In this document: positions 57,075 through 64,000 of the stretch, one piece after another
Numbering within the stretch: the stretch's first letter is position 1
Layout: the number at the start of each line of letters is the position of its first letter
Source of the DNA: a virus
Taxonomy: Duplodnaviria > Heunggongvirae > Uroviricota > Caudoviricetes
Virus record (IMG/VR): IMGVR_UViG_3300031998_000026
Coordinates: 51,528 to 115,527 of that record
DNA length: 64,000 nucleotides
Strand: one strand, 5' to 3'
Made by a program: the position numbers and the translations under genes
The notes under the pieces: model-generated
The model's input: only the letters and a program-made list of their open reading frames with translations
Told to the model about the DNA's origin: nothing
The model's database searches: none

Positions 57075-57335
57075 TTACTCCTCTCCGCCGACGTACTCGG
57101 CAATCTCTTCCTTGGTGAGCGTGACCTCACCGTCCACCTTCCATGCACAGCACCCGCCGTTGACCATGCACTCGTGCTCCTCGTACTCGGCGAGGTCGAC
57201 GACCTTGCACTCGAAGTCCTCGCTGTCGATGAGCTCGTTGGCTATGCGCTCTGCCTCCTCCACCGAGTCGGTCTCGACCGTCTCGTAGTGGTAGTAGGTT
57301 TCCACTTTCTTGAAACACAGTTCGTAGTGCGCCAT
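57075..57335 (-). CDS. Hypothetical acidic protein
   Basis: 86 aa. Confidence 0.35.
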   Translation of the reverse strand: MAHYELCFKKVETYYHYETVETDSVEEAERIANELIDSEDFECKVVDLAEYEEHECMVNGGCCAWKVDGEVTLTKEEIAEYVGGEE

Positions 57336-57577
57336 TACTCGTTTCCCTCCCAGTCGTGCAATCCGATTTCCAAGTACTCGCCATCGGCGCACTCACTGGC
57401 GTTGATGCCGCACACCTCGTAGCCGAGCAGGTCGCTGCTCAGCTCCTCGATGTCCCCGTTTACGTGGCAACCGTCGTGGTAGACCTCCGGCGCTGCGCCA
57501 CAGGCGAATACGTTCGCCCTCGTGAACCCCACGGGTCCGTAGATATCCATGCTGTTTATGAGCTGTCCGAGTGTCAT
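57335..57577 (-). CDS. Hypothetical protein
   Basis: 80 aa. Confidence 0.35.
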   Translation of the reverse strand: MTLGQLINSMDIYGPVGFTRANVFACGAAPEVYHDGCHVNGDIEELSSDLLGYEVCGINASECADGEYLEIGLHDWEGNE

Positions 57578-57581
57578 TGCC

Positions 57582-57917
57582 TTACTCCTCTCCGTATTCC
57601 TCGCACTCGGCGAAGAACTTGTCCGTGAACTCGTACAGTGGGTACGTGCAGTACCCGCTCGGCATCTCGATGCCAGTGGGGTGGGCGAGTCCGTTGCTCT
57701 CCAGGAACTCTGTCGCCCAAGGGCAATTGTTCGTGTCGACGAACGCATGGCGCTCGTCTCCCGTTCCGAGGTTCACCGTGAGCGTCGCCCACGGCTCCCA
57801 GTCTCCGAATCCGTTCGCAATCATCTCGACGGCCAGCGAGCCGTCGTAGTAGCTGCCACGGACGAGGCAGGCGTCCATGGTGTCTCCGTATTGGTCTGTG
57901 TACTTGTAGGTTGCCAT
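57582..57917 (-). CDS. Hypothetical protein
   Basis: 111 aa. Confidence 0.4.
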   Translation of the reverse strand: MATYKYTDQYGDTMDACLVRGSYYDGSLAVEMIANGFGDWEPWATLTVNLGTGDERHAFVDTNNCPWATEFLESNGLAHPTGIEMPSGYCTYPLYEFTDKFFAECEEYGEE

Positions 57918-57931
57918 GCTCGTTCTCCTCT

Positions 57932-58312
57932 CTAAACCTGCCACCATCCGTCGACGGTGCGTACCAGCGTCTCGTCGTGCCATTCGTTCGGCATGCTCTC
58001 GAAGCCGAGAGCCTTGGCGAGGCGGAAGAACTTGTATGCCGAAGGCGCCCACTTCCTTCGTGGGTTCCAGCGGTGGTATGCGATGGGGTGTCGGTGCGCA
58101 ACCTCGCATGCAATCTCTGCGACGGCGCCGAACAGGTCCATCGCAAGCCCGTGCCACTCGTGCTCATCTATTGCCAAGTAGTACTGTGCCTTGGCAAACA
58201 CCTTGCGGGCGGCGGGGGAGTGACGAAGGACGTACAGCTCGTCCTCGAACTCCGCTTGGTCGACCCTCGCAAGCTCCGCCTTGGTGAAGTCGTGCATCTT
58301 CCAGAAACCCAT
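57932..58312 (-). CDS. Hypothetical protein
   Basis: 126 aa. Confidence 0.4.
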   Translation of the reverse strand: MGFWKMHDFTKAELARVDQAEFEDELYVLRHSPAARKVFAKAQYYLAIDEHEWHGLAMDLFGAVAEIACEVAHRHPIAYHRWNPRRKWAPSAYKFFRLAKALGFESMPNEWHDETLVRTVDGWWQV

Positions 58313-58324
58313 GTGTCTTCCTCT

Positions 58325-58537
58325 CTATCGGTTGCTCTCGATGACTCGTGCCGTCTCCTTTATCGCGAAGTCGACGATTGCGTCCATCAGGTGGTCGTTC
58401 CAGTAACCAAGGTTGTCCTCGACCCATTCGAGAATCTCGTCCTCGTCCATCTCAAGCAGGTCTGCCACCGCACTTACGGGAAACCACACTCCGCCCTCGC
58501 AGAGTCCCATCGTGCTGTCTCTCCTGTCGATTACCAT
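58325..58537 (-). CDS. Hypothetical small protein
   Basis: AAAGGAGAA RBS before MVIDRR. Confidence 0.35.
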   Translation of the reverse strand: MVIDRRDSTMGLCEGGVWFPVSAVADLLEMDEDEILEWVEDNLGYWNDHLMDAIVDFAIKETARVIESNR

Positions 58538-58655
58538 GCTTGTTCTCCTTTCGAACGCATGTTCCATTGTCCCATCCTTACGGGACAACATTTCGGCAAG
58601 TGCCGCCATCGGGGGGAGCACCTCCACGGATGCTCCCCATAGGTGGGGGCGCTCG

Positions 58656-58961
58656 CTAACGAATCTCTTCGAGCTTCTCGTCGACATACCTGCTCTCCAT
58701 GTCGTGGATGGTGTCTACCATGAGCATCCACTCCCTCGAATGCTTCTCGTAGAACCACTTCTGGAAGTCGGGTATGTCGTACTCGTCGCGAGTCGCCCCC
58801 ATCCGTGCGACGATGTTGAGCTTGCGCTCCAGGTCGTCAACATCCTCAACATCCATGGGTCTTGCGGAGCCGTCGACGATCCGCTCGAACTCGGCAGGCA
58901 TGAAGTCGCCTGCGTTTATCTCGATGTCGAGCCAGTTGTTCTTTACCTTCGAAAGTGCCAT
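58656..58961 (-). CDS. Hypothetical protein
   Basis: 101 aa. Confidence 0.4.
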   Translation of the reverse strand: MALSKVKNNWLDIEINAGDFMPAEFERIVDGSARPMDVEDVDDLERKLNIVARMGATRDEYDIPDFQKWFYEKHSREWMLMVDTIHDMESRYVDEKLEEIR

Positions 58962-58981
58962 GCTCTCCTCCTCCAAGCTCG

Positions 58982-59341
58982 TTAGAAAAGAAAGTCCTCT
59001 TCGTAAGCCATCTCTATGCCCATCCAAGGTCTCTCGTAACGGATTACTATCGCGGTTAGCTCGCTTGGGTGGTCCTTGCACTCGACGTGCACGAAGCCCC
59101 TTCCCTCTAGGGCCGCCTTCCACTCGTTGCGACACACGTCCCTCGACTGGAGCGCAAGGCCTCTGTCGAACTCAAGCCCGTGCCTCTCGGCGAACACTTC
59201 GAGAGGATTCAGGTTCACCTGCAGGTATCGCGTCCAACACCCGTCGTCAACGCGCTCGTCCTCGGCGAACCTCGTCGCCACCTTTCTCGACCACTCCTCG
59301 ACCTCGTCGAGGAGCATCGCCAACCTCATTCGATCGGTCAT
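58982..59341 (-). CDS. Hypothetical protein
   Basis: 119 aa. Confidence 0.4.
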   Translation of the reverse strand: MTDRMRLAMLLDEVEEWSRKVATRFAEDERVDDGCWTRYLQVNLNPLEVFAERHGLEFDRGLALQSRDVCRNEWKAALEGRGFVHVECKDHPSELTAIVIRYERPWMGIEMAYEEDFLF

Positions 59342-59353
59342 GTCCTACCTCCT

Positions 59354-59641
59354 TCAAAGACCGAGGACGCCACCATTGACGCCATCGTTGTACCTATCGA
59401 CCCTTCGCACGAACCTCTCGTGCCGAAGGTCTATCCTGCAGACCGTGCGACCGTGCCTGTAGACCATGACCAGCACGGCGCCCATGTCCCTCACGGCAGA
59501 CTCGACGAACCTCTCTAGCTCGTCCCTGCTCTCGACGTGTGCCGTCGCCCTTCCGCGTCCCCTCCTTCCGAACGTGCACGCCTCGCAGCCGTTGCTTGGC
59601 GAACGAACTACCTCCGGGTACTGTCTGAACAGCTCGTCCAT
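59354..59641 (-). CDS. Hypothetical protein
   Basis: 95 aa. Confidence 0.35.
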   Translation of the reverse strand: MDELFRQYPEVVRSPSNGCEACTFGRRGRGRATAHVESRDELERFVESAVRDMGAVLVMVYRHGRTVCRIDLRHERFVRRVDRYNDGVNGGVLGL

Positions 59642-59714
59642 GCGCTCTCCCTTCGTCGACCAGTGCGCATCCCAAGGGGCACCGCACGGGTGCCCCGCAG
59701 GACGGGTACTGTGC

Positions 59715-60158
59715 CTACTCGTGCCAGTTGAATCCCATCGCGTCGTAAAGGCTGGTGAAGTGCGTGTCCCTGAAGCCGTAGCCGCAACCGTCCACGGCGA
59801 GGGCATAGAGCTCGTCATTGTGCATGACGAGCGTGAACCCGCATTCTGCAACCTCTCTCAGGTGCTCGTAGCACCAGCGCCAAACGAAGCTGTCGGGAAC
59901 GAACCACGTGTTCCACATCGGCGCCCCTGTCGTGGTGTCCGCCGAGCAGGTGTATGCGAGCCCGTCCATCTCGTCGTACCAGCTCACCTCGTCTGGGCTG
60001 ACGTCGTGCTCCTCGGGGTCGAAGCTCCCGACGAAGCTCCAGACCTCGAACCAGTCGGGCAGCTCCGTTATGAGCGTGCTGTCGATGCCGTCGAAGCACT
60101 CGTCCATGAACAGGCCGACGCACTCCTCTTTCGTCTCGTACTTGCGGATGATTGCCAT
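59715..60158 (-). CDS. Hypothetical protein
   Basis: 147 aa. Confidence 0.45.
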   Translation of the reverse strand: MAIIRKYETKEECVGLFMDECFDGIDSTLITELPDWFEVWSFVGSFDPEEHDVSPDEVSWYDEMDGLAYTCSADTTTGAPMWNTWFVPDSFVWRWCYEHLREVAECGFTLVMHNDELYALAVDGCGYGFRDTHFTSLYDAMGFNWHE

Positions 60159-60210
60159 GCGCTCTCCCTTCGTAAGACGGGCGCCAACGAGCGGCGCCCG
60201 TCGCTTGCGG

Positions 60211-60456
60211 CTATTCCTTCGTCGGCACCTGCTCCAGCAGGTCGACGTAGCGGTCCAGCTTCATGAGGACCTTGTGGACGTCGTGGTTGGCGTTGTTGCG
60301 GCGTGCGAGCATCTCTGCCTTCGACTCGTCGCGTTCGAGCATGTACATCTCGTGCGTATGCTCCATCCGCCCCCTGCTCTCCCTGTAGAGGGCGTCGATC
60401 ATGTGAACGAGCTTGTCGTACTTCTCCTCGATGGTCATTGGCTCGTCGTAATACAT
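60211..60456 (-). CDS. Hypothetical protein
   Basis: 81 aa. Confidence 0.4.
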   Translation of the reverse strand: MYYDEPMTIEEKYDKLVHMIDALYRESRGRMEHTHEMYMLERDESKAEMLARRNNANHDVHKVLMKLDRYVDLLEQVPTKE

Positions 60457-60525
60457 TCGCTATGTCCTCTCTGCTATGCGGGGCGTCCCTCGTGGACGCC
60501 CCGACAACTGACTTCCTGGCGTGTG

Positions 60526-60972
60526 CTACTCGCCGCACATGGCCGCACAATCTGCCTCGAACACCTCGAGGTTTCGCATGGACTCCCTCAAGACCTCAAG
60601 CGGGCGCTCCGACTCGTCCCACTCGAACACCGGTGCGACGTACTCCAAAAACGATGCGGTCGTCATGTGCGGCACGGTGCGGTCGTATGCCACACCCTCT
60701 TCCATGTCGCCGCTCGTGAGGTAGGTGTCGTAATGGCTCAGTAGCGCAGCCCCGAGCCTCACGGCATCGTCATGCGGAAGCTCGTTGGCCTTGCGGAAGA
60801 ACATGTACTCGGGGCGAGCCATGCGGTAGAAGCCCATCTCGATGAACGAGTCGGGCGGCACGGGACCGTCGTAGACGGTCACCTTGCGGACGTTGGCACC
60901 CGCCTCGGTCGCCCTCTCTGCCATTTCCTTTGCGCACTCGGGTGCGGCAAGAATCTCTACGCTGTCAAACAT
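60526..60972 (-). CDS. Hypothetical protein
   Basis: 148 aa. Confidence 0.45.
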   Translation of the reverse strand: MFDSVEILAAPECAKEMAERATEAGANVRKVTVYDGPVPPDSFIEMGFYRMARPEYMFFRKANELPHDDAVRLGAALLSHYDTYLTSGDMEEGVAYDRTVPHMTTASFLEYVAPVFEWDESERPLEVLRESMRNLEVFEADCAAMCGE

Positions 60973-61039
60973 TTGTTTGTCCTCTCTAAGACGCGGGGCG
61001 CCCCTCGTAGGCGCCCCTTCGTTACCTTTCGCTCGTTCC

Positions 61040-61831
61040 TTATGCGATTGCGACCAAGTCCTCCGCCGAGACCAGCTCTCCCTCCTCCCATGCCTCGATG
61101 GCGTCGTATACCTCGTCGCACATGGGGCCGTAGACCATGCACGAGCCGATGTGCTTGCACTTCCCGCAGCACAGGTCGAACACGTCGTCGTACTCGGGAC
61201 CGTATGCGGGGTAGTCGAACCCGTCGTAGTACTCGTCCTCGTAGTCGTAGAGGTCGGCGTACGTCCAGCGCCACGTGGAGTTGGACGCCTGTATGCCCTC
61301 GGTCACGGTCTCCCAGCCGTCGCCGACTCGATACACGCTGCCGTCCTTCGTCATGACCGCGAAGCGGTTGCCCGGCGCTATCTCCCTCATGCGGCGCTTC
61401 ATGTTCTTGGTCACCTTGCCCTCGTACAGCTCGGTCATGTACTCGGACACGAACGTGACCGTGTCGGACACGCCAAGCTCGTCGTTGGTCGGCATGTTCT
61501 TTATGACGCCGTTGTGTGCCACGGCGACGTCGCACTCGACGTCTGGGGCGTGGAGCACGTCGAGGTCTCGGCACACGGGGAAGGGGTGGCACGTGCCCAC
61601 GTTGATGCCGCCGCTCGTCGCTATCCTCATGTGGATTACGAGCTGCGAGTCGATGGGCGTCGACTCGATGGCCTGTATGAGCTGCGGTGCGCTCATGAAT
61701 CCCTTCGATATCTGGACTCGTCCGTCCTCAACCCACATGATGCCAGCGCCGTCGGGGTTGCCGAGGAAGCAGCTCTCGACGAGGTCGTGGGTGGGACGGA
61801 CGTTCTTCTCGCAGGTGAGGATGATGCACAT
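61040..61831 (-). CDS. Class-II (Ntn) glutamine amidotransferase-like protein
   Basis: N-terminal MCIIL (Cys2 nucleophile); YafJ/GATase-II-like fold; adjacent to the amidoligase. Confidence 0.5.
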   Translation of the reverse strand: MCIILTCEKNVRPTHDLVESCFLGNPDGAGIMWVEDGRVQISKGFMSAPQLIQAIESTPIDSQLVIHMRIATSGGINVGTCHPFPVCRDLDVLHAPDVECDVAVAHNGVIKNMPTNDELGVSDTVTFVSEYMTELYEGKVTKNMKRRMREIAPGNRFAVMTKDGSVYRVGDGWETVTEGIQASNSTWRWTYADLYDYEDEYYDGFDYPAYGPEYDDVFDLCCGKCKHIGSCMVYGPMCDEVYDAIEAWEEGELVSAEDLVAIA

Positions 61832-61877
61832 AACAAGTTTCCTTTCGTTTGGCTTTTCTTTTGTTCTGATTCGTTAC

Positions 61878-63392
61878 TTAGAGGCCGCGGCGCTCGATGT
61901 AGGCGTCGAGGTCGTCGTGGGGGAGACCCTGCTCTTCAAGGGCGAACCTGACGAGCACCTTGACCATGCTCCACGTGAGCTGGTCGGCGAACTCGTCCGT
62001 CATGGTGTTGGCGATGATTGCCAGCCCAGTCGTCATCTCGACGGTGGCTCGGAAGGTCTCCATGTTGAGGGTGCCGCGCCACAGTCGGATCTCGACGGTG
62101 GCGAAGTTCGTGTCGTTGACCGCCTCGTAGCGGCCGGCGAACTTCTTCTTGTCCTCCCAGACCTTCTTGCGCTCGGCGACGTCTGGGATGTCGTGCAGGT
62201 CGTCCTCGCCGATGCGGCACCACTCCATCGAGCGCTCGGTTCGACGTGAGAAGTTGACCAGCTGACCCTCGAAGCGATGGAACAGGCGGTCTAGCCTGTA
62301 CACGGCGTCGTGGTCGACGAAGAAGCCCCTCGACAGGTGGACGTGGAGGCCGCAGGTGCAGGCGTCGTGGGACTTGCCGCCGTGGTCCCTCACTATCTGG
62401 GAGATGCGCTCCCACATGCCGCTCGTGAGGTGCACCTCGGGGGTCATGGGCTGGGACACTATCTCGAGCCCGTTGTCGTGCAGGGAGCCGTCCCTCTTGC
62501 ACTCCACGTGCTCTTCGTCGTACTCGTCAGCGATGTCGTTGGCAAGTGCCGCACGGTCGTCGTTCTGGTCGGTCTCAAGCTCGATTCCGAGGAAGAGTGT
62601 CTTCTTGTACTCGTCCCCTAGCTCCCAGCCGTACTTCTTCAGGTCGGACTTGAGCCAGAACGTCGTCCCGTCGGTGTGTCCGTACTCGTGGACGTTTCCG
62701 CCGTGCTCTTCGTAGCAGTCCGGGCAGTAGGGTTCGTCCCACTCGTCCCACTCGGCGTCGTCCAAGGGGACGAGGTCGCCACAGTGGCTGCACGTGCTGT
62801 AGTGGTCGTCTACGCAGCCGTCGCACAGCTGCTGGTAACCCTGCGAGTAGACGCTGTAATCGCTTATTATGCCGCTGTCAACGGAGAACAGGTCCCCGCA
62901 GCAGTCGCACTGGATTGCGTCGCGGTCCACGCATTCCTCGCACCACCCCTCGGACTCGTATCCGCGCCAGTAGGAGCCGCCGACGTACACCTCGGTCAGC
63001 AAGGTGTGGTACGTCTCGCAGCGCTCGCAGTATTCCGCATGGTCGTCCTTGCATTCCTCGCACCACACCTCGGTGGTGCCGTTGTCGCCCTCGACCTCGA
63101 AGGCGCAGTCCTCCTCGACCACCTGGCCGCAGTGGTCGCAGGTGACCGCGTGCGTCTCGACGCAGGCGGGGCACCAGTCCTCGTGGCTTCCGCGCCATCC
63201 GTCTACCAGCACCTCGGTCGCCTCGCCCTCGTGCCAGTCGCCGCAGTGCTCGCACTCGTAGGCGTCGTTCTCGGTGCACTCTTGGCACCATTCCTGCAGG
63301 GTGCCGTCCTTCGCGTAGACCAAGTCGAGGACGTCGTCCTCGACGACCTGACCGCAGTGCTCGCATACGTGCTTACCGTTCTTGTCTATCAT
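61878..63392 (-). CDS. Amidoligase-family enzyme (glutamine-synthetase-like) with six N-terminal Zn-ribbon repeats
   Basis: Six repeats of about 37 aa, each C(E/D)HCG...WCxEC; C-terminal FLGIELETD, KRDGSL, GLEIVSQP, CGLHVHL resemble the Amidoligase_2 family. Confidence 0.55.
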   Translation of the reverse strand: MIDKNGKHVCEHCGQVVEDDVLDLVYAKDGTLQEWCQECTENDAYECEHCGDWHEGEATEVLVDGWRGSHEDWCPACVETHAVTCDHCGQVVEEDCAFEVEGDNGTTEVWCEECKDDHAEYCERCETYHTLLTEVYVGGSYWRGYESEGWCEECVDRDAIQCDCCGDLFSVDSGIISDYSVYSQGYQQLCDGCVDDHYSTCSHCGDLVPLDDAEWDEWDEPYCPDCYEEHGGNVHEYGHTDGTTFWLKSDLKKYGWELGDEYKKTLFLGIELETDQNDDRAALANDIADEYDEEHVECKRDGSLHDNGLEIVSQPMTPEVHLTSGMWERISQIVRDHGGKSHDACTCGLHVHLSRGFFVDHDAVYRLDRLFHRFEGQLVNFSRRTERSMEWCRIGEDDLHDIPDVAERKKVWEDKKKFAGRYEAVNDTNFATVEIRLWRGTLNMETFRATVEMTTGLAIIANTMTDEFADQLTWSMVKVLVRFALEEQGLPHDDLDAYIERRGL

Positions 63393-63475
63393 TTTTCGTC
63401 CCTTCTAAGACGTGGGGCGCCCTCGCAAGGACGCCCCGATTTACAGGTATCTGAAAATTGATGGGTAAAAAATTT

Positions 63476-63814
63476 TCATGCGCTCCAGACGTATTCGCTC
63501 TCGCTGAGGAGCTTGAGCAGGGCGGCGTTCGTCTCCTCCTCGGAGTACGAACGGAGGAACGGGACTGATTCGTTGTTGTAGGCGACGGGGAAGTCCCCGA
63601 TGTACTCGATGTACTCGTCGGGGATGTATCCAAACTCGTCATAATCGTCGTACCAGTCCTCGATGACCTGTGCCACCGACCACTCGGTCAGGCCCCTGCG
63701 GATGAAGAGGTTCGGATACGTAACCTCACCTGCCTGCAACATCTCCATGCCCGTGTCCTCGCCGTACTCGCCGTACTGCGGGACGAGGCTCGTGTAGACC
63801 TTGGTTTCGTTCAT
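63476..63814 (-). CDS. Hypothetical acidic protein
   Basis: GGAGG RBS; 112 aa. Confidence 0.4.
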   Translation of the reverse strand: MNETKVYTSLVPQYGEYGEDTGMEMLQAGEVTYPNLFIRRGLTEWSVAQVIEDWYDDYDEFGYIPDEYIEYIGDFPVAYNNESVPFLRSYSEEETNAALLKLLSESEYVWSA

Positions 63815-63827
63815 TGCTACCTCCTTA

Positions 63828-64000
63828 TTAGCAGAACGTGAACGTCGTGCCGTTCGGCACGAACACCACGTCGGATTTGATCTCAGGGGCGTACTCGCAG
63901 CGGGAGTGCAGGAACTTGACGCCGTTCCATCCCATCTCATCCCTCTGCTCGTCGGTGAGCGGCTTCTCCATCCAGTACATGCGCCCCTTGACACCTTCCC
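63828..64000 (-). CDS. Hypothetical protein, C-terminal fragment; the start lies beyond the window end
   Basis: Open frame to the window edge ending ...VVFVPNGTTFTFC*. Confidence 0.3.
   Translation of the reverse strand, partial: EGVKGRMYWMEKPLTDEQRDEMGWNGVKFLHSRCEYAPEIKSDVVFVPNGTTFTFC

Noticed and set aside
62400-63390. Periodic ~110-bp repeats that could be mistaken for a CRISPR-like array
   Set aside because: They are in-frame coding repeats (six Zn-ribbon modules) inside the amidoligase ORF; there are no spacers and no cas genes.
60884-63461. 355-aa and 261-aa plus-strand ORFs
   Set aside because: Antisense shadows of the GATase-II and amidoligase genes.

Overview
This 64 kb, ~62% GC window is the replication and accessory part of a large temperate phage or prophage (possibly a phage-plasmid). 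No terminase, portal, capsid or tail genes are present in the window. The left edge is a tyrosine integrase, truncated by the window start, followed by a divergent CI-like repressor / Cro-like switch. A plus-strand arm runs from about 2.7 to 47.5 kb and carries: ParB-like nuclease, Xis-like HTH, RusA, a YqaJ/RecT recombination pair, SSB, a DnaD-like replisome organiser, a DnaC-like loader, a frameshifted C5-cytosine methyltransferase, a PAPS-reductase-like protein, a DnaN beta clamp, dUTPase, many small Zn-ribbon proteins, an FNT-family channel, an SPFH/Band-7 protein, and four free-standing HNH-type homing-endonuclease-like genes (three of them paralogs). It also carries an RNA-repair and tRNA module: RtcB, an ATP-dependent RNA ligase, an RlmN/Cfr-like radical-SAM enzyme, a metallophosphoesterase, and an array of eight tRNAs. 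A further tRNA-Arg lies at 2.6 kb. Three IS200/IS605-type RNA-guided-nuclease elements are present: a full IscB element with its upstream omega-RNA; a ~320 bp omega-RNA-only derivative of that element with no iscB gene; and a TnpB element on the minus strand. A minus-strand arm (49.3 to 64 kb) encodes many small acidic proteins, a BrnT/BrnA toxin-antitoxin pair, and a class-II glutamine amidotransferase plus an amidoligase with six N-terminal Zn-ribbon repeats. A 13-nt motif, TAGCTAGCGACAT, that contains the stop codon of the upstream gene recurs at many gene 3' ends, followed by a GC-rich terminator hairpin. All calls rest on motif recognition by eye; nothing was searched against a database.
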